Assembly: GCA_963666315.2 (NCBI GenBank) | Contig: CAXXHG010000043.1 | Location: 320,001-384,000, forward strand | DNA: 64,000 nt | Source of the DNA: Candidatus Binatia bacterium | GTDB taxonomy: Bacteria; Desulfobacterota; Binatia; Bin18 | Direction: 5' to 3' | In this document: positions 8,948-17,600 of the stretch, piece by piece | How the letters are laid out: the number at the start of each line of letters is the position of its first letter | Position numbering within the stretch: the stretch's first letter is position 1 | Program-made: the position numbers and the translations under genes | The notes under the pieces: generated by a model | The model's database searches: none | The model's input: the letters and a program-made list of their open reading frames with translations, nothing else | Told to the model about the DNA's origin: nothing

Positions 8948-10397
8948 ATTGTCCCTCTTTGATTCCCGCCAACTCACGAGCGTATGCCGCCGCGGCAGCA
9001 AAATCATATTCGCGGTAGGTCTGAATCTTTTCCGCTTCGAGCGACCCCTCGGCATGGACGGCTAAGACTTCTTGATAGCCGCCATAATCAGATGCGGTCA
9101 GATCAGAAATCAGATTCATCATCCGCAACCGGTGCTCGGTTGAGGTGCCCTTTTTTCCACCGAGATATTTCTGGACATACGGGCCGGTCGCTTCACTGCG
9201 CCAATCCTCGACACTCGGACCAGTGACGAGTAGCCCTCCGCTGACATCCTGTACCATCTGTACGGCCTGGTGATAGTTGGCCGCAAACTGGTATTTGGCC
9301 ACATTGGTCATCAGCGTGTTCGGCATCGCGATGCCCGGCGGCACAACTGAGTGCTGGTGGGCTGCTGCCAGAATCAACCCTTGGACGGTAGCGTGGTAGC
9401 TGGCCAATTTAGTCAGCTTCTCGCGAATATGACCGGCTTTCTCGATGCCGTTGTACTCGGCAATTGCCTGGGATGCGCCAGCCAGAAGTTCCAGCAAAGG
9501 CAGTTTATAAGAGACGGCAGTAAAGCGGTGAAATTTCACGAAGGTCAGGGCCATCAAACCCGCGGCTGCCACCTCGCCGGCCAAGAAAACGCGCTCCCAG
9601 GGGACAAACACATCGTCGAAGACCGTCAGCGTCTCCATCATTTTGTGCTTGGCGCTAATCGGATACTCGAAGGCATCTCTCTCGAAGCCACCATAGGAGC
9701 TGGCTAGGAGCTTCAGCCCTTTTGTGGCAGCAGGCACGGCAAATGCCACTGCGTAGTCTTCATCACCTTCGCGCATAGCGCGGGTAGGCAGGACAATGAT
9801 TTCGTCCGTATTCGTGGACACTGAGGTATGGATCTTCGCTCCGCGGACGACGATACCGTCGTCACGCCGGTCCACAATCCGTAAATAATAATCTGGATGT
9901 TCCTGCCCCTGGGGGCCCAGGCTACGGTCGCCTTTTACGTCGCTCTGTGCCACGGCAACGGCGTAATCGTTGTCGCGACACAGTTCATAATACTTTTGTA
10001 CCCGTTCACGATATTGTCCCGCGCCGTGTTTGGCCATCTCTTCGGCGACAATATGGAGAGCGAAGAGTGCGTCCGTACCGATTTCTTTGATCAGAATCAC
10101 CAAGGTCGCGCCCTCGCGGGTGCCGGCCGCAATCAAGCGACTGCGTTGGAGAAGATCTTCGGTATTGCGCGGGATATGGTAAAAGCGCGAATATACTACG
10201 CCGGTCTCGGGATCCGTGACAACGGCGAGATCACGATAGCGTGGGTCTTCGGCCATCTGATAGTCGATGCAGGCGTGTTCAACCGCCTTCCTAATCACAG
10301 GATGGGTGGTAACATCGTCGACCTTCTCGCCCCGATAATAGACCTCCCGGCCGTCTCGCAGACTCTCTTTATATTGCTCCGGTGTGCGCAAACCCAT
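8946..10397 (-). CDS. 4-hydroxyphenylacetate 3-hydroxylase / 4-hydroxybutyryl-CoA dehydratase family flavoprotein
   Basis: RTPEQYKESLRDGREVYYRGEKV N-terminus, QSDVKGDRS, GIVVRGAKIH, FDDVFVPWERVF. Confidence 0.88.
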   Translation of the reverse strand: MGLRTPEQYKESLRDGREVYYRGEKVDDVTTHPVIRKAVEHACIDYQMAEDPRYRDLAVVTDPETGVVYSRFYHIPRNTEDLLQRSRLIAAGTREGATLVILIKEIGTDALFALHIVAEEMAKHGAGQYRERVQKYYELCRDNDYAVAVAQSDVKGDRSLGPQGQEHPDYYLRIVDRRDDGIVVRGAKIHTSVSTNTDEIIVLPTRAMREGDEDYAVAFAVPAATKGLKLLASSYGGFERDAFEYPISAKHKMMETLTVFDDVFVPWERVFLAGEVAAAGLMALTFVKFHRFTAVSYKLPLLELLAGASQAIAEYNGIEKAGHIREKLTKLASYHATVQGLILAAAHQHSVVPPGIAMPNTLMTNVAKYQFAANYHQAVQMVQDVSGGLLVTGPSVEDWRSEATGPYVQKYLGGKKGTSTEHRLRMMNLISDLTASDYGGYQEVLAVHAEGSLEAEKIQTYREYDFAAAAAYARELAGIKEGQ

Positions 10398-10631
10398 GCT
10401 ATACTCCTCGTCTGGAAAAGTGCAGTGAGTATAACCGTGACCCGGCTTATTTGTCCATCTCCCCCTACAGCCCGCGCTAAGATAAGGAGACAGCGGTGCT
10501 CAGCAAGCGATGTTGAGAAAAAGCTGTGGAAAATGGCGAGGATTGCCGCTACCAAGCATGCCTCACAGAGGAAGACCTTCATGCGAGACATACAAGACAG
10601 ACAAGATATAGATGGGTCGTGTATTCCGAAA

Positions 10632-10856
10632 CTACTCAGCGGTGGGAAAACCCAAAAGAGTTGACCAGGTTCGTTCAGGAAAGCTGTCTAGCGAATGGGA
10701 CACGGAGATCTTTGCTCCGGCAAAATTCCCCCGGAGCCGGACTTTGCCGCTGTTTATCAATGCGGTCACTGCGGTAGCCACCTCCTGATCGTCGTCAGTG
10801 ACCCGATTAACCCCTTGCAGTAAATCAATCAATGTACATTCAATCTGCTTTTGCAT
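10632..10856 (-). CDS. Small hypothetical protein (74 aa, MQKQIECTLIDLL...)
   Basis: Strong RBS (GGGGGAGG) before ATG 10856 and a sigma54-type promoter upstream. Confidence 0.65.
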   Translation of the reverse strand: MQKQIECTLIDLLQGVNRVTDDDQEVATAVTALINSGKVRLRGNFAGAKISVSHSLDSFPERTWSTLLGFPTAE

Positions 10857-10891
10857 TGTTTCCTCCCCCTTTGTTCGTAGAGGAAAGTTAA

Positions 10892-10906
10892 GCAAATTTC
10901 AAGCCA
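10892..10906 (-). promoter_or_regulatory. Sigma54 (-24/-12) promoter
   Basis: Minus strand TGGC-TTGAAAT-TTGC has exact TGGC-N7-TTGC spacing; AT-rich tract and the palindrome GGCAAAATATTGCC (about 11003-11016) lie upstream. Confidence 0.7.
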
Positions 10907-11036
10907 AAATAAACATAGCCAATGACATACACAATATATTCTCCAATGTTTCAATATTGCACATGAATTTATTCTGTCAGCTGTCCTCCACACAAAAGGT
11001 ACGGCAAAATATTGCCACCTCTCTGTGCTCTTTTTG

Positions 11037-11546
11037 TCACTTCTCGCGCACAGTTTGCAGAGATAGAGACTGCAGGGTGAGCCGGAGCAGTGTTGTTGGA
11101 GCCTTTGGTACAGAGGAGGATTCCGAACTCGTCACTGTTCCCAATTCCTCCAGCTTGTCACGCAGCTCGGTCAATTTTGCAGAGGGGACAGAGAGAACGA
11201 TCAGGTCTTTTTCATCTTTCACCAATACCGCTGCCTCAAACTGCTGGATAACGGCCCGCACCTCGGCATGCATTTCTGCCGGGCCTTGCTGATCTTTTTG
11301 ATCTTGCTGATCTTGGCTCGAGAACTCCCAGGAAAGGGTAATGATAATACTACCACTCCCCTCAGGAAAAGCGGAAGCGCCGTCTTGAGACCAGCCTGGC
11401 AGTGCTGAACTGAACGTCAGCACCAATAGAGTCAGGCCCAAAACAAGACAGACAAGACGGGATTGATATTTCCTTTGCATTTGTTTTTCCATACCTGCGT
11501 CCCCCATTCTCATTGTGCCGTCTTCTCTAGCCCGAGAAAAGACCAT
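11037..11546 (-). CDS. Hypothetical exported protein
   Basis: Signal-peptide-like LVCLVLGLTLLVLTFSSALPG; start uncertain. Confidence 0.55.
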   Translation of the reverse strand: MVFSRAREDGTMRMGDAGMEKQMQRKYQSRLVCLVLGLTLLVLTFSSALPGWSQDGASAFPEGSGSIIITLSWEFSSQDQQDQKDQQGPAEMHAEVRAVIQQFEAAVLVKDEKDLIVLSVPSAKLTELRDKLEELGTVTSSESSSVPKAPTTLLRLTLQSLSLQTVREK

Positions 11547-11642
11547 CTTTTGGTCAGCGCTACTCCTCGTGTCTCATTTGCGTTGCAATCAAACACAGCG
11601 TACTGTCTGCGGCATACTCACACGTAGCCAGCCCACTCTTAT

Positions 11643-12143
11643 ATGGCAAGACGTCAACCCAAGAACGTCAAGGGACGTACGCAACAAGACAAAAGAATCG
11701 GGGCAACACTCCTTCGTATTCTGGGCGGACTATCGACCGAGGAACTCAGTGACCCCGACAAGACAGCCCGCTCGATAGACCGAACCGTTCGTATTATTGC
11801 GGCCTATACTGTCGTGGCCGCATTCGCGATTTTCTTTTTATCGATTCCCAGTTTTATTCGACCGGACGGCAGTCTACACGTAGAAAATTTTGCAGCATTT
11901 TTCCGGATTGGAAATCAGTTCGCTGATTGCCTGGCGCTCCTCTCGCTGAGCCTTTTTCTTGCACGCTCAAAAAACCTGCCCATTGCAGTTATCCTCGCAG
12001 GCCTCGCCGGCTTTGAATCGTATGTCTACGCGCAACACTTCGTAATGCACGATTTTGTCATGCTGCTGATGAGTCTCATGGTCCTGGTGCACGCCCTCCA
12101 GATTCTGGGACTCCTGATCTTCGGACACAAAAACGCCGCGTAA
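11643..12143 (+). CDS. Hypothetical membrane protein (about 4 TM)
   Basis: Basic N-terminus followed by hydrophobic segments; ends 16 bp before the symporter gene. Confidence 0.7.
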   Translation: MARRQPKNVKGRTQQDKRIGATLLRILGGLSTEELSDPDKTARSIDRTVRIIAAYTVVAAFAIFFLSIPSFIRPDGSLHVENFAAFFRIGNQFADCLALLSLSLFLARSKNLPIAVILAGLAGFESYVYAQHFVMHDFVMLLMSLMVLVHALQILGLLIFGHKNAA

Positions 12144-12159
12144 ACAATAGAGACGATGT

Positions 12160-14075
12160 ATGACCATCTTTATTGCCTCCATTCTCTCCTTGATGGCTAT
12201 GCTGTGGGCCTTGGGCTGGTATGCCAAGCGCTGGGTCCATACCGACAGTGACTATCTCCTGGCCGGGAGACAGGTCAGTCTGATTCCCGGTATCGCCAGC
12301 ATCTGCGGGATCGCTTTTGCGGGCAGCATGACGAGCATCATCCCTGGCTTAACCGTCCAGTACGGCTTTCTCGGCTGGATCTTAGGCGGCAGTCTGCCCT
12401 TGGTGATTGGCTATATTTTGTATGGCGTCTTCGCCTGTCCCTATATCCGACGCTGTGGGGCGTACACGATTCCTGAGTGGCTGGAAATGCGATTTGATAC
12501 CCGCACTCGTGTGGTGGTGAGCATTGCCACGCTGCTCGGTGTCACCGGTATTGTGGCCATGAACGTTGTCGCCATGGCGTTCATTATGCAGGGCTTTCTT
12601 GACGCTCCGCTGTGGCTCATGATTACTATTGTCCTGGCTGGGCATCTGGCATTTATTTTCATGGGTGGTCTGTGGGCGCTCACCCTGACCGATGTCGTTC
12701 AGGTCCTGCTGGGGTTTCTCTTCCTGCCAGCGCTGGCGGTGTACTGTCTCGTCACTTTTGGCGGCTGGGAGCTGATTAAGACGCAGTTTGTCAGCCCGAC
12801 TCCCCTGTCAGCCGGCCTGCTGGGACCTTTTCCTTGGTTCCAGTTGAGCTATCCGAGCGTACTCACCGCCACGCTGTTGCTGTGCATCTTCATCCAATGG
12901 GCGGGAACTATTACTGGCTGCGCGCCGCTGCTGCACGCACAGAACCGGTCGCGCAGTGGCAATTTATTATCGGCGGACTGCTCGTGCTCATCATCCATGG
13001 TTCTATGGGCGTGCTTGGCCTATACGCGGGCAGTGTGTACCGCGAGGCATTTCTCGATAGTGCGAACCCGGCCAACCCAATGAGCGCGTATGGTCTCCTG
13101 ATGCGGGATTTTCCTGCAGGCATCGCATTATTAGGTTTGGTTGCCGCACTTGCCGCGACGATCTCAACCACGAGCAATGCGCATATGGGCATCACGTCAA
13201 CGCTGGCGCGTGATATCTATCAGCGCTTTATCCGCCCCAACGCCACGCCAGAAGCGGTGCTGCAAACGAGCCGCATTCTCACCCTGCTCAGCGGCATTGT
13301 CATATGGCTGCTGTGTTTCTACCCAGGCGGGCCGTATTTTCTCCTGGGCGTGAGTTGCGCCATGCTCGGTCCGACGGCTTTTGTTTTTCTGCTCGGGCAT
13401 CGTTGGACGTATATCACCTCTGCTGGAGCGTTTTGGAGTACGCTGGTCGGGGCAGTGGCGATGCTTGTATACGAAATCCTCAAACTGACCGGGGTACCCG
13501 TTGGATCGGTGCATACCGTTATTATCGGTACCGTCATCACGCTGCCGACCGTACTCGGCGTGTCTTTCTTCACCCAACAAAAGCCGGACGGCACTCTTGC
13601 CGGAGACCAGTCACATACCGTCGCCCTCAGTCCCGATCAGCAGCGCCTGCTGAGGCTCATTCGCACCGGCTATACAACTATGGTCGAACTGAGCGACTTC
13701 ATGGCGCTGCATGCAGTCGGGTGTCATCGTCTCATCACAGAACTCGAACGCATAGGCCTGATCCAGCGCTGGGGATCACGTGGACTTGATTTTTTCACCT
13801 TTGCCTTAACGGCAAAAGGAGACGCCCACCTCTCCCAGTTCCCCAATTCGCCGGCCGGTTTTGTGACGCAAGACGCGGATAGCCGTACCGTTCTGGAGCA
13901 GCTCAAACACGAAGCCAAAAATCTCCAGACGCTGAGTACGACCACGGGAATGGCCCCGTCGATGCTCAGCGTGGTCGTCAATCGGCTCGACCAGCTCGGC
14001 TATGTGAGCGGGTCTGGCATATGGCAACGGACCATCACCCTGTCAGAAAAAGGGCGCGTGCTGGTGTCCCCCTAA
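12160..14075 (+). CDS. Sodium:solute symporter (SSS) fused to two C-terminal winged-helix domains; single-base frameshift at about 12900
   Basis: DYLLAGRQ, YTIPEWLEMRFD, GGLWALTLTDVVQ, AATISTTS...TLARDIYQRF; ORFs 12160-13083 and 12834-14075 join as IQW-GGNYYWLR if one G is added to the run at 12899-12901. Confidence 0.8.
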
Positions 14076-14156
14076 TGCGCACCGATCGTACCCCACAAGC
14101 ACGAAAAAACGGCTAAAAAAACCTGTATCGAACAAATTGAAAAAGAGGGAACGCCG

Positions 14157-15269
14157 ATGTCTCACACTATTGTCGATACCATACTGCCAACAACCATGGT
14201 GGGCTCTTATCCCCGACCGCACTGGTTTACCTATCAGCTCCACGGGCGAGATATTTGGGATGCATTCAAGGACGTCAACCACGCCGAAGCCTTTGAAGAT
14301 GCCGTGCGGACCGTGCTGCGAGACCAAGAGCAGGCCGGTCTCGACATTCTCACCGACGGCCAGATGTGGTTCGACGACTACGGCGGCTGCATTGGGTCCT
14401 TTGTGTGGTATTGGTACGAACGCATTCACGGCTTTGTCCCGGTCAAACATAGCCATCCGCTTGTCGAAGGCGGGAATGTGTCACAAAACGATGCCGCCTG
14501 GTTAACCGACTGGGGCGCAACATCGGTAACAGACACAGTCAGACGCGGACCGCTGCGGTTGGCCGACCTATACCATATCGCCCAACGTAATACGCATAAG
14601 CCGGTGCGGTGTAGCGTGGGAGCCGGACCGATTAACCTCACCTATCATGTCCATCTCGAACACTACAAAACCCAGAAAGATCTCGCCTACGCTTTGGTGC
14701 CTATCTTTAATGCTGAGATGAAAGAAATGGTGGCCGGCGGGGCGACCTTCTTACAATTAGAAGACCTTGGAGTGTGGCTGCCCGTGTTGAGCGGGAATAC
14801 CGATGACTTTGACTGGGTAGTGGACGTCATCAATAAAACCGTTGACGGCGTTGAAGCGAAGCTCTCGTTGCATTTCTGCTTTGGCGCCGCATGGGGCAAT
14901 ACCTCACGAGGCTTATTCCCGTCAGACGCAGGCTATGGTTCTCTCTTACCGCATCTGCATGACATACAGATTGAACAGTATGTGCTCGACTTTGCCGTCC
15001 GAGAAATGGAAGATGCGCATATTCTGAAAGACCTTCCCCAGGACAAAGAAGTCGCCGTGGGTGTCATTGATGTGCGCAACCTTCAGATTGAAACACCCGA
15101 ACAAGTCGCACAACGCATCCGTAAGGTGCTCAAGTTCATCCAGCCGGAACGCCTCACCCTCACCACCGACTGCGGTCTGCGTGCTCTGCCCCGCTTCTGT
15201 GCCTATAATAAACTGCGCGCCATGGTTGAAGGCGCACGGATAGTTCGAGCTGAGATTGCAGGCGGCTAA
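14157..15269 (+). CDS. Cobalamin-independent methionine synthase II family (MetE C-terminal-like) Zn thiol-alkyltransferase
   Basis: PTTMVGSYPRP, QEQAGLDILTDG, Zn ligands HFC and TTDCGL, GVIDV; no N-terminal folate-binding barrel. Confidence 0.88.
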   Translation: MSHTIVDTILPTTMVGSYPRPHWFTYQLHGRDIWDAFKDVNHAEAFEDAVRTVLRDQEQAGLDILTDGQMWFDDYGGCIGSFVWYWYERIHGFVPVKHSHPLVEGGNVSQNDAAWLTDWGATSVTDTVRRGPLRLADLYHIAQRNTHKPVRCSVGAGPINLTYHVHLEHYKTQKDLAYALVPIFNAEMKEMVAGGATFLQLEDLGVWLPVLSGNTDDFDWVVDVINKTVDGVEAKLSLHFCFGAAWGNTSRGLFPSDAGYGSLLPHLHDIQIEQYVLDFAVREMEDAHILKDLPQDKEVAVGVIDVRNLQIETPEQVAQRIRKVLKFIQPERLTLTTDCGLRALPRFCAYNKLRAMVEGARIVRAEIAGG

Positions 15270-15301
15270 GAAGAGACCGCCGGTGTGAAAAAGCCACCGG
15301 C
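15270..15301. terminator. Hairpin between convergent genes
   Basis: GCCGGTG-N9-CACCGGC (15279-15301), T-rich tail on the minus strand. Confidence 0.5.
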
Positions 15302-15328
15302 AATCACTAAGAGCTGCGCCTTGAGTGG

Positions 15329-16186
15329 CTAACAGAACGATAGGCTGGCTGGTGTTGTGTTTCCATTGTGCGACACGCGGGTTGGTGCAACGTTTTTTGA
15401 CGCAATCTTAATATGCCAGGGTTCAAAGCGTACGCCGAACAGATTGTTTTTCGGATATCGAATTTCAATATACCCAAAGGCCGCCAATTGTTTGAACACC
15501 TCCGTCTTGGCAAACTCGGAGGTAAAATTTCGCCCACCGAGGCCCTGCTCGCCTACATCAAAATCGCCGATGGCATGATACGAATAGCCCGGTGGGGCAA
15601 GCGAACGGAAGGCCATAGACAGATTCCCCCGTGTCTGGGCTACCTTGGCGAGAAACAGATGGGTCTGTTTAATAATCCCGCGGACGCCGGACGTGAGCAG
15701 CAGCTGGTCGCCGATGACGTACTGAATTTCTCGATACTCGCTAGTCGCCTCCTCATAAAAGATACGTTCCAAAAAATCGATCTCACGGCGCGGAAAGCGC
15801 CCCACTCGGGAATAGCGACGGGCCACGCGGAGGGCATGATCAAAACCGAGGATTTGAAAATTCCCGTGTCCGACTATGACTTGTAACCGGCCTAAACGCC
15901 CCACAACACTATGCAGGAGTGTACGCTCGCTCAGACTCAGGTGTATGTCGGACGGGTGGGGCCGGTTAAAGCGGGTAAGCTTTTGGAAATACTCTTGGCC
16001 GTATTGTTGTTTTGCCGCAAGCTGGCGTCCGGAGGATAGGTGTCCGGAGGACAGATTCAGAGAAGGACCGAGCGGTCCTTCTCTGAGGCCGCCATCCACA
16101 GCGTTGAGGGACACGTGGACAAACCAGGCTTCCCCTATGGCCACCACCCCGCCTACCACCGCCTTCAAAAAACCACGTCTTTCCAT
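15329..16186 (-). CDS. M15B (VanY-like) D-Ala-D-Ala carboxypeptidase with Tat-like signal, possibly internally deleted
   Basis: RRGFLK twin-arginine motif; TSGVR, APPGYSYHAIGDFD, EPWH motifs. Confidence 0.75.
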   Translation of the reverse strand: MERRGFLKAVVGGVVAIGEAWFVHVSLNAVDGGLREGPLGPSLNLSSGHLSSGRQLAAKQQYGQEYFQKLTRFNRPHPSDIHLSLSERTLLHSVVGRLGRLQVIVGHGNFQILGFDHALRVARRYSRVGRFPRREIDFLERIFYEEATSEYREIQYVIGDQLLLTSGVRGIIKQTHLFLAKVAQTRGNLSMAFRSLAPPGYSYHAIGDFDVGEQGLGGRNFTSEFAKTEVFKQLAAFGYIEIRYPKNNLFGVRFEPWHIKIASKNVAPTRVSHNGNTTPASLSFC

Positions 16187-16505
16187 ACAGGTAACGGCCG
16201 CAGCACGTCAGAATATTCTGGAGCAGCCCACTATGCAGGGGAGTTCTGCAGTCCGGAAATTCTACGTTTCCCTCTTTCTGTCCCAGTAATTTGCTATCGT
16301 AATAGCACAGTGTCCAGTCTCCCAGGTCCTTTTCCTGACAGGCTCTCTGCTTTTGTTCAAAATTGGCGACTCATTTGGCGACCACTCAAGAGCCGCATCA
16401 ACTCCCTCGGGCAAAGACAGAACAGATATCGTCCTGTACTCTTATTCAGTGTGACATGATGAGGATCACTTCAAAACAGTCATGCTGGTGAAGGAGAAAT
16501 AACTT

Positions 16506-17441
16506 ATGGCAACAAGTACTATTCCGTGCGGTATTTCTGTTCCTCAAGTCTTTCCCGACACACCGCTTGACACTCCGCTTGATATGGCCTTCATCCGGAA
16601 TTTCGTCCAACGGGCCGAAGCCCTAGAGTATGAAAGTCTGTGGGTGCAAGAGACGATTGTCAGCGACTACCCCATTCTCGAACCAGTCAGTCTGCTCAAC
16701 TATATTGCCGCCCTCACCTCAAAAGCGCGGCTGGGCACGTCCGTCCTATTGACGGTCCTGCGGAATCCAGTCCAGCTGGCCAAAAGCCTCTCGAGTTTAG
16801 ATCACATGAGCGCCGGCCGGCTCACGGTCGGTGTCGGCATAGGTGGCCACGTCCCGGAATCCATCTTTGGTTATACGAGCGAACTCCGCGCGCGACGGTT
16901 TGTTGAGGGCATCAAGGCCATGAAAGCCCTCTGGACGGAACCCAAAGCCACAGTCAGCGGGACGTTCTGGAATTTTGCAAATATCGCTATGGAACCCAAG
17001 CCGATCCAGAAACCCCATCCTCCGATCTGGTTTGGCGCGCGCCAGGAAAAGCCGCTCAAACGGGCAGTCCGGCATGGCGATGGCTGGATGGGTGCCGGTT
17101 CATCCTCAACCCAAGATTTTGTCAAGCAAATACACATGCTGCGCCAATTCCTGGACGAAGCCGGCCGTGACCCGGCAACGTTTACGATCTCGAAACGGGT
17201 CTATGTCGCCATTGATAATGACCGCGATCGGGCTGAACGGCGCCTGCGGGCATGGTTTGGCGTGCGGTATAAAAATGCAGACATGGCCTCGCAAGTGTCT
17301 GTCTGGGGCAGCCTGGATGAGTGTCGTAACAAGCTCGGCGAGGTCGTCCAGGCCGGGGCGCAGCACCTCTTACTCAATCCGGCTTTTGACGACATGGAAC
17401 ACCTGGAGCTTCTGGCGAAAGAGGTTATTCCGCATCTCTAA
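16506..17441 (+). CDS. LLM-class flavin/F420-dependent oxidoreductase
   Basis: AEALEYESLWV, RLGTSVL, SLDHMSAGRLTVGVGIG, PKPIQKPHPPIWFG. Confidence 0.9.
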   Translation: MATSTIPCGISVPQVFPDTPLDTPLDMAFIRNFVQRAEALEYESLWVQETIVSDYPILEPVSLLNYIAALTSKARLGTSVLLTVLRNPVQLAKSLSSLDHMSAGRLTVGVGIGGHVPESIFGYTSELRARRFVEGIKAMKALWTEPKATVSGTFWNFANIAMEPKPIQKPHPPIWFGARQEKPLKRAVRHGDGWMGAGSSSTQDFVKQIHMLRQFLDEAGRDPATFTISKRVYVAIDNDRDRAERRLRAWFGVRYKNADMASQVSVWGSLDECRNKLGEVVQAGAQHLLLNPAFDDMEHLELLAKEVIPHL

Positions 17442-17600
17442 AGTCCCAGGGAAACGCGGGCAGAGCATCTCCTTCTCAAGCCTCGTCCTCCGAAGCAATA
17501 GTTTGCTCCGAGTTCAGGTTTCCGTGTAGCAAGGGGAAGAATCCCCTTTTCTTTGTCCACATTTTCTGTCACAGGGTATGTCGCGAGGAGGACATCCAGC

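Noticed and set aside
8736-9065. 109 aa plus-strand ORF
   Set aside because: Off-frame read-through of the IS630 relic that overlaps the end of the HpaB-like gene.
10438-10465. ACCCGGCTTAT, resembling the 3' end of RNase P RNA
   Set aside because: Only about 11 nt match; no GAGGAAAGTCC 5' motif or room for rnpB.
17445-17530. Minus-strand RBS + MLCPR, like the start of an IS1/IS6 zinc-ribbon transposase
   Set aside because: Too short, with no second end or further coding similarity.
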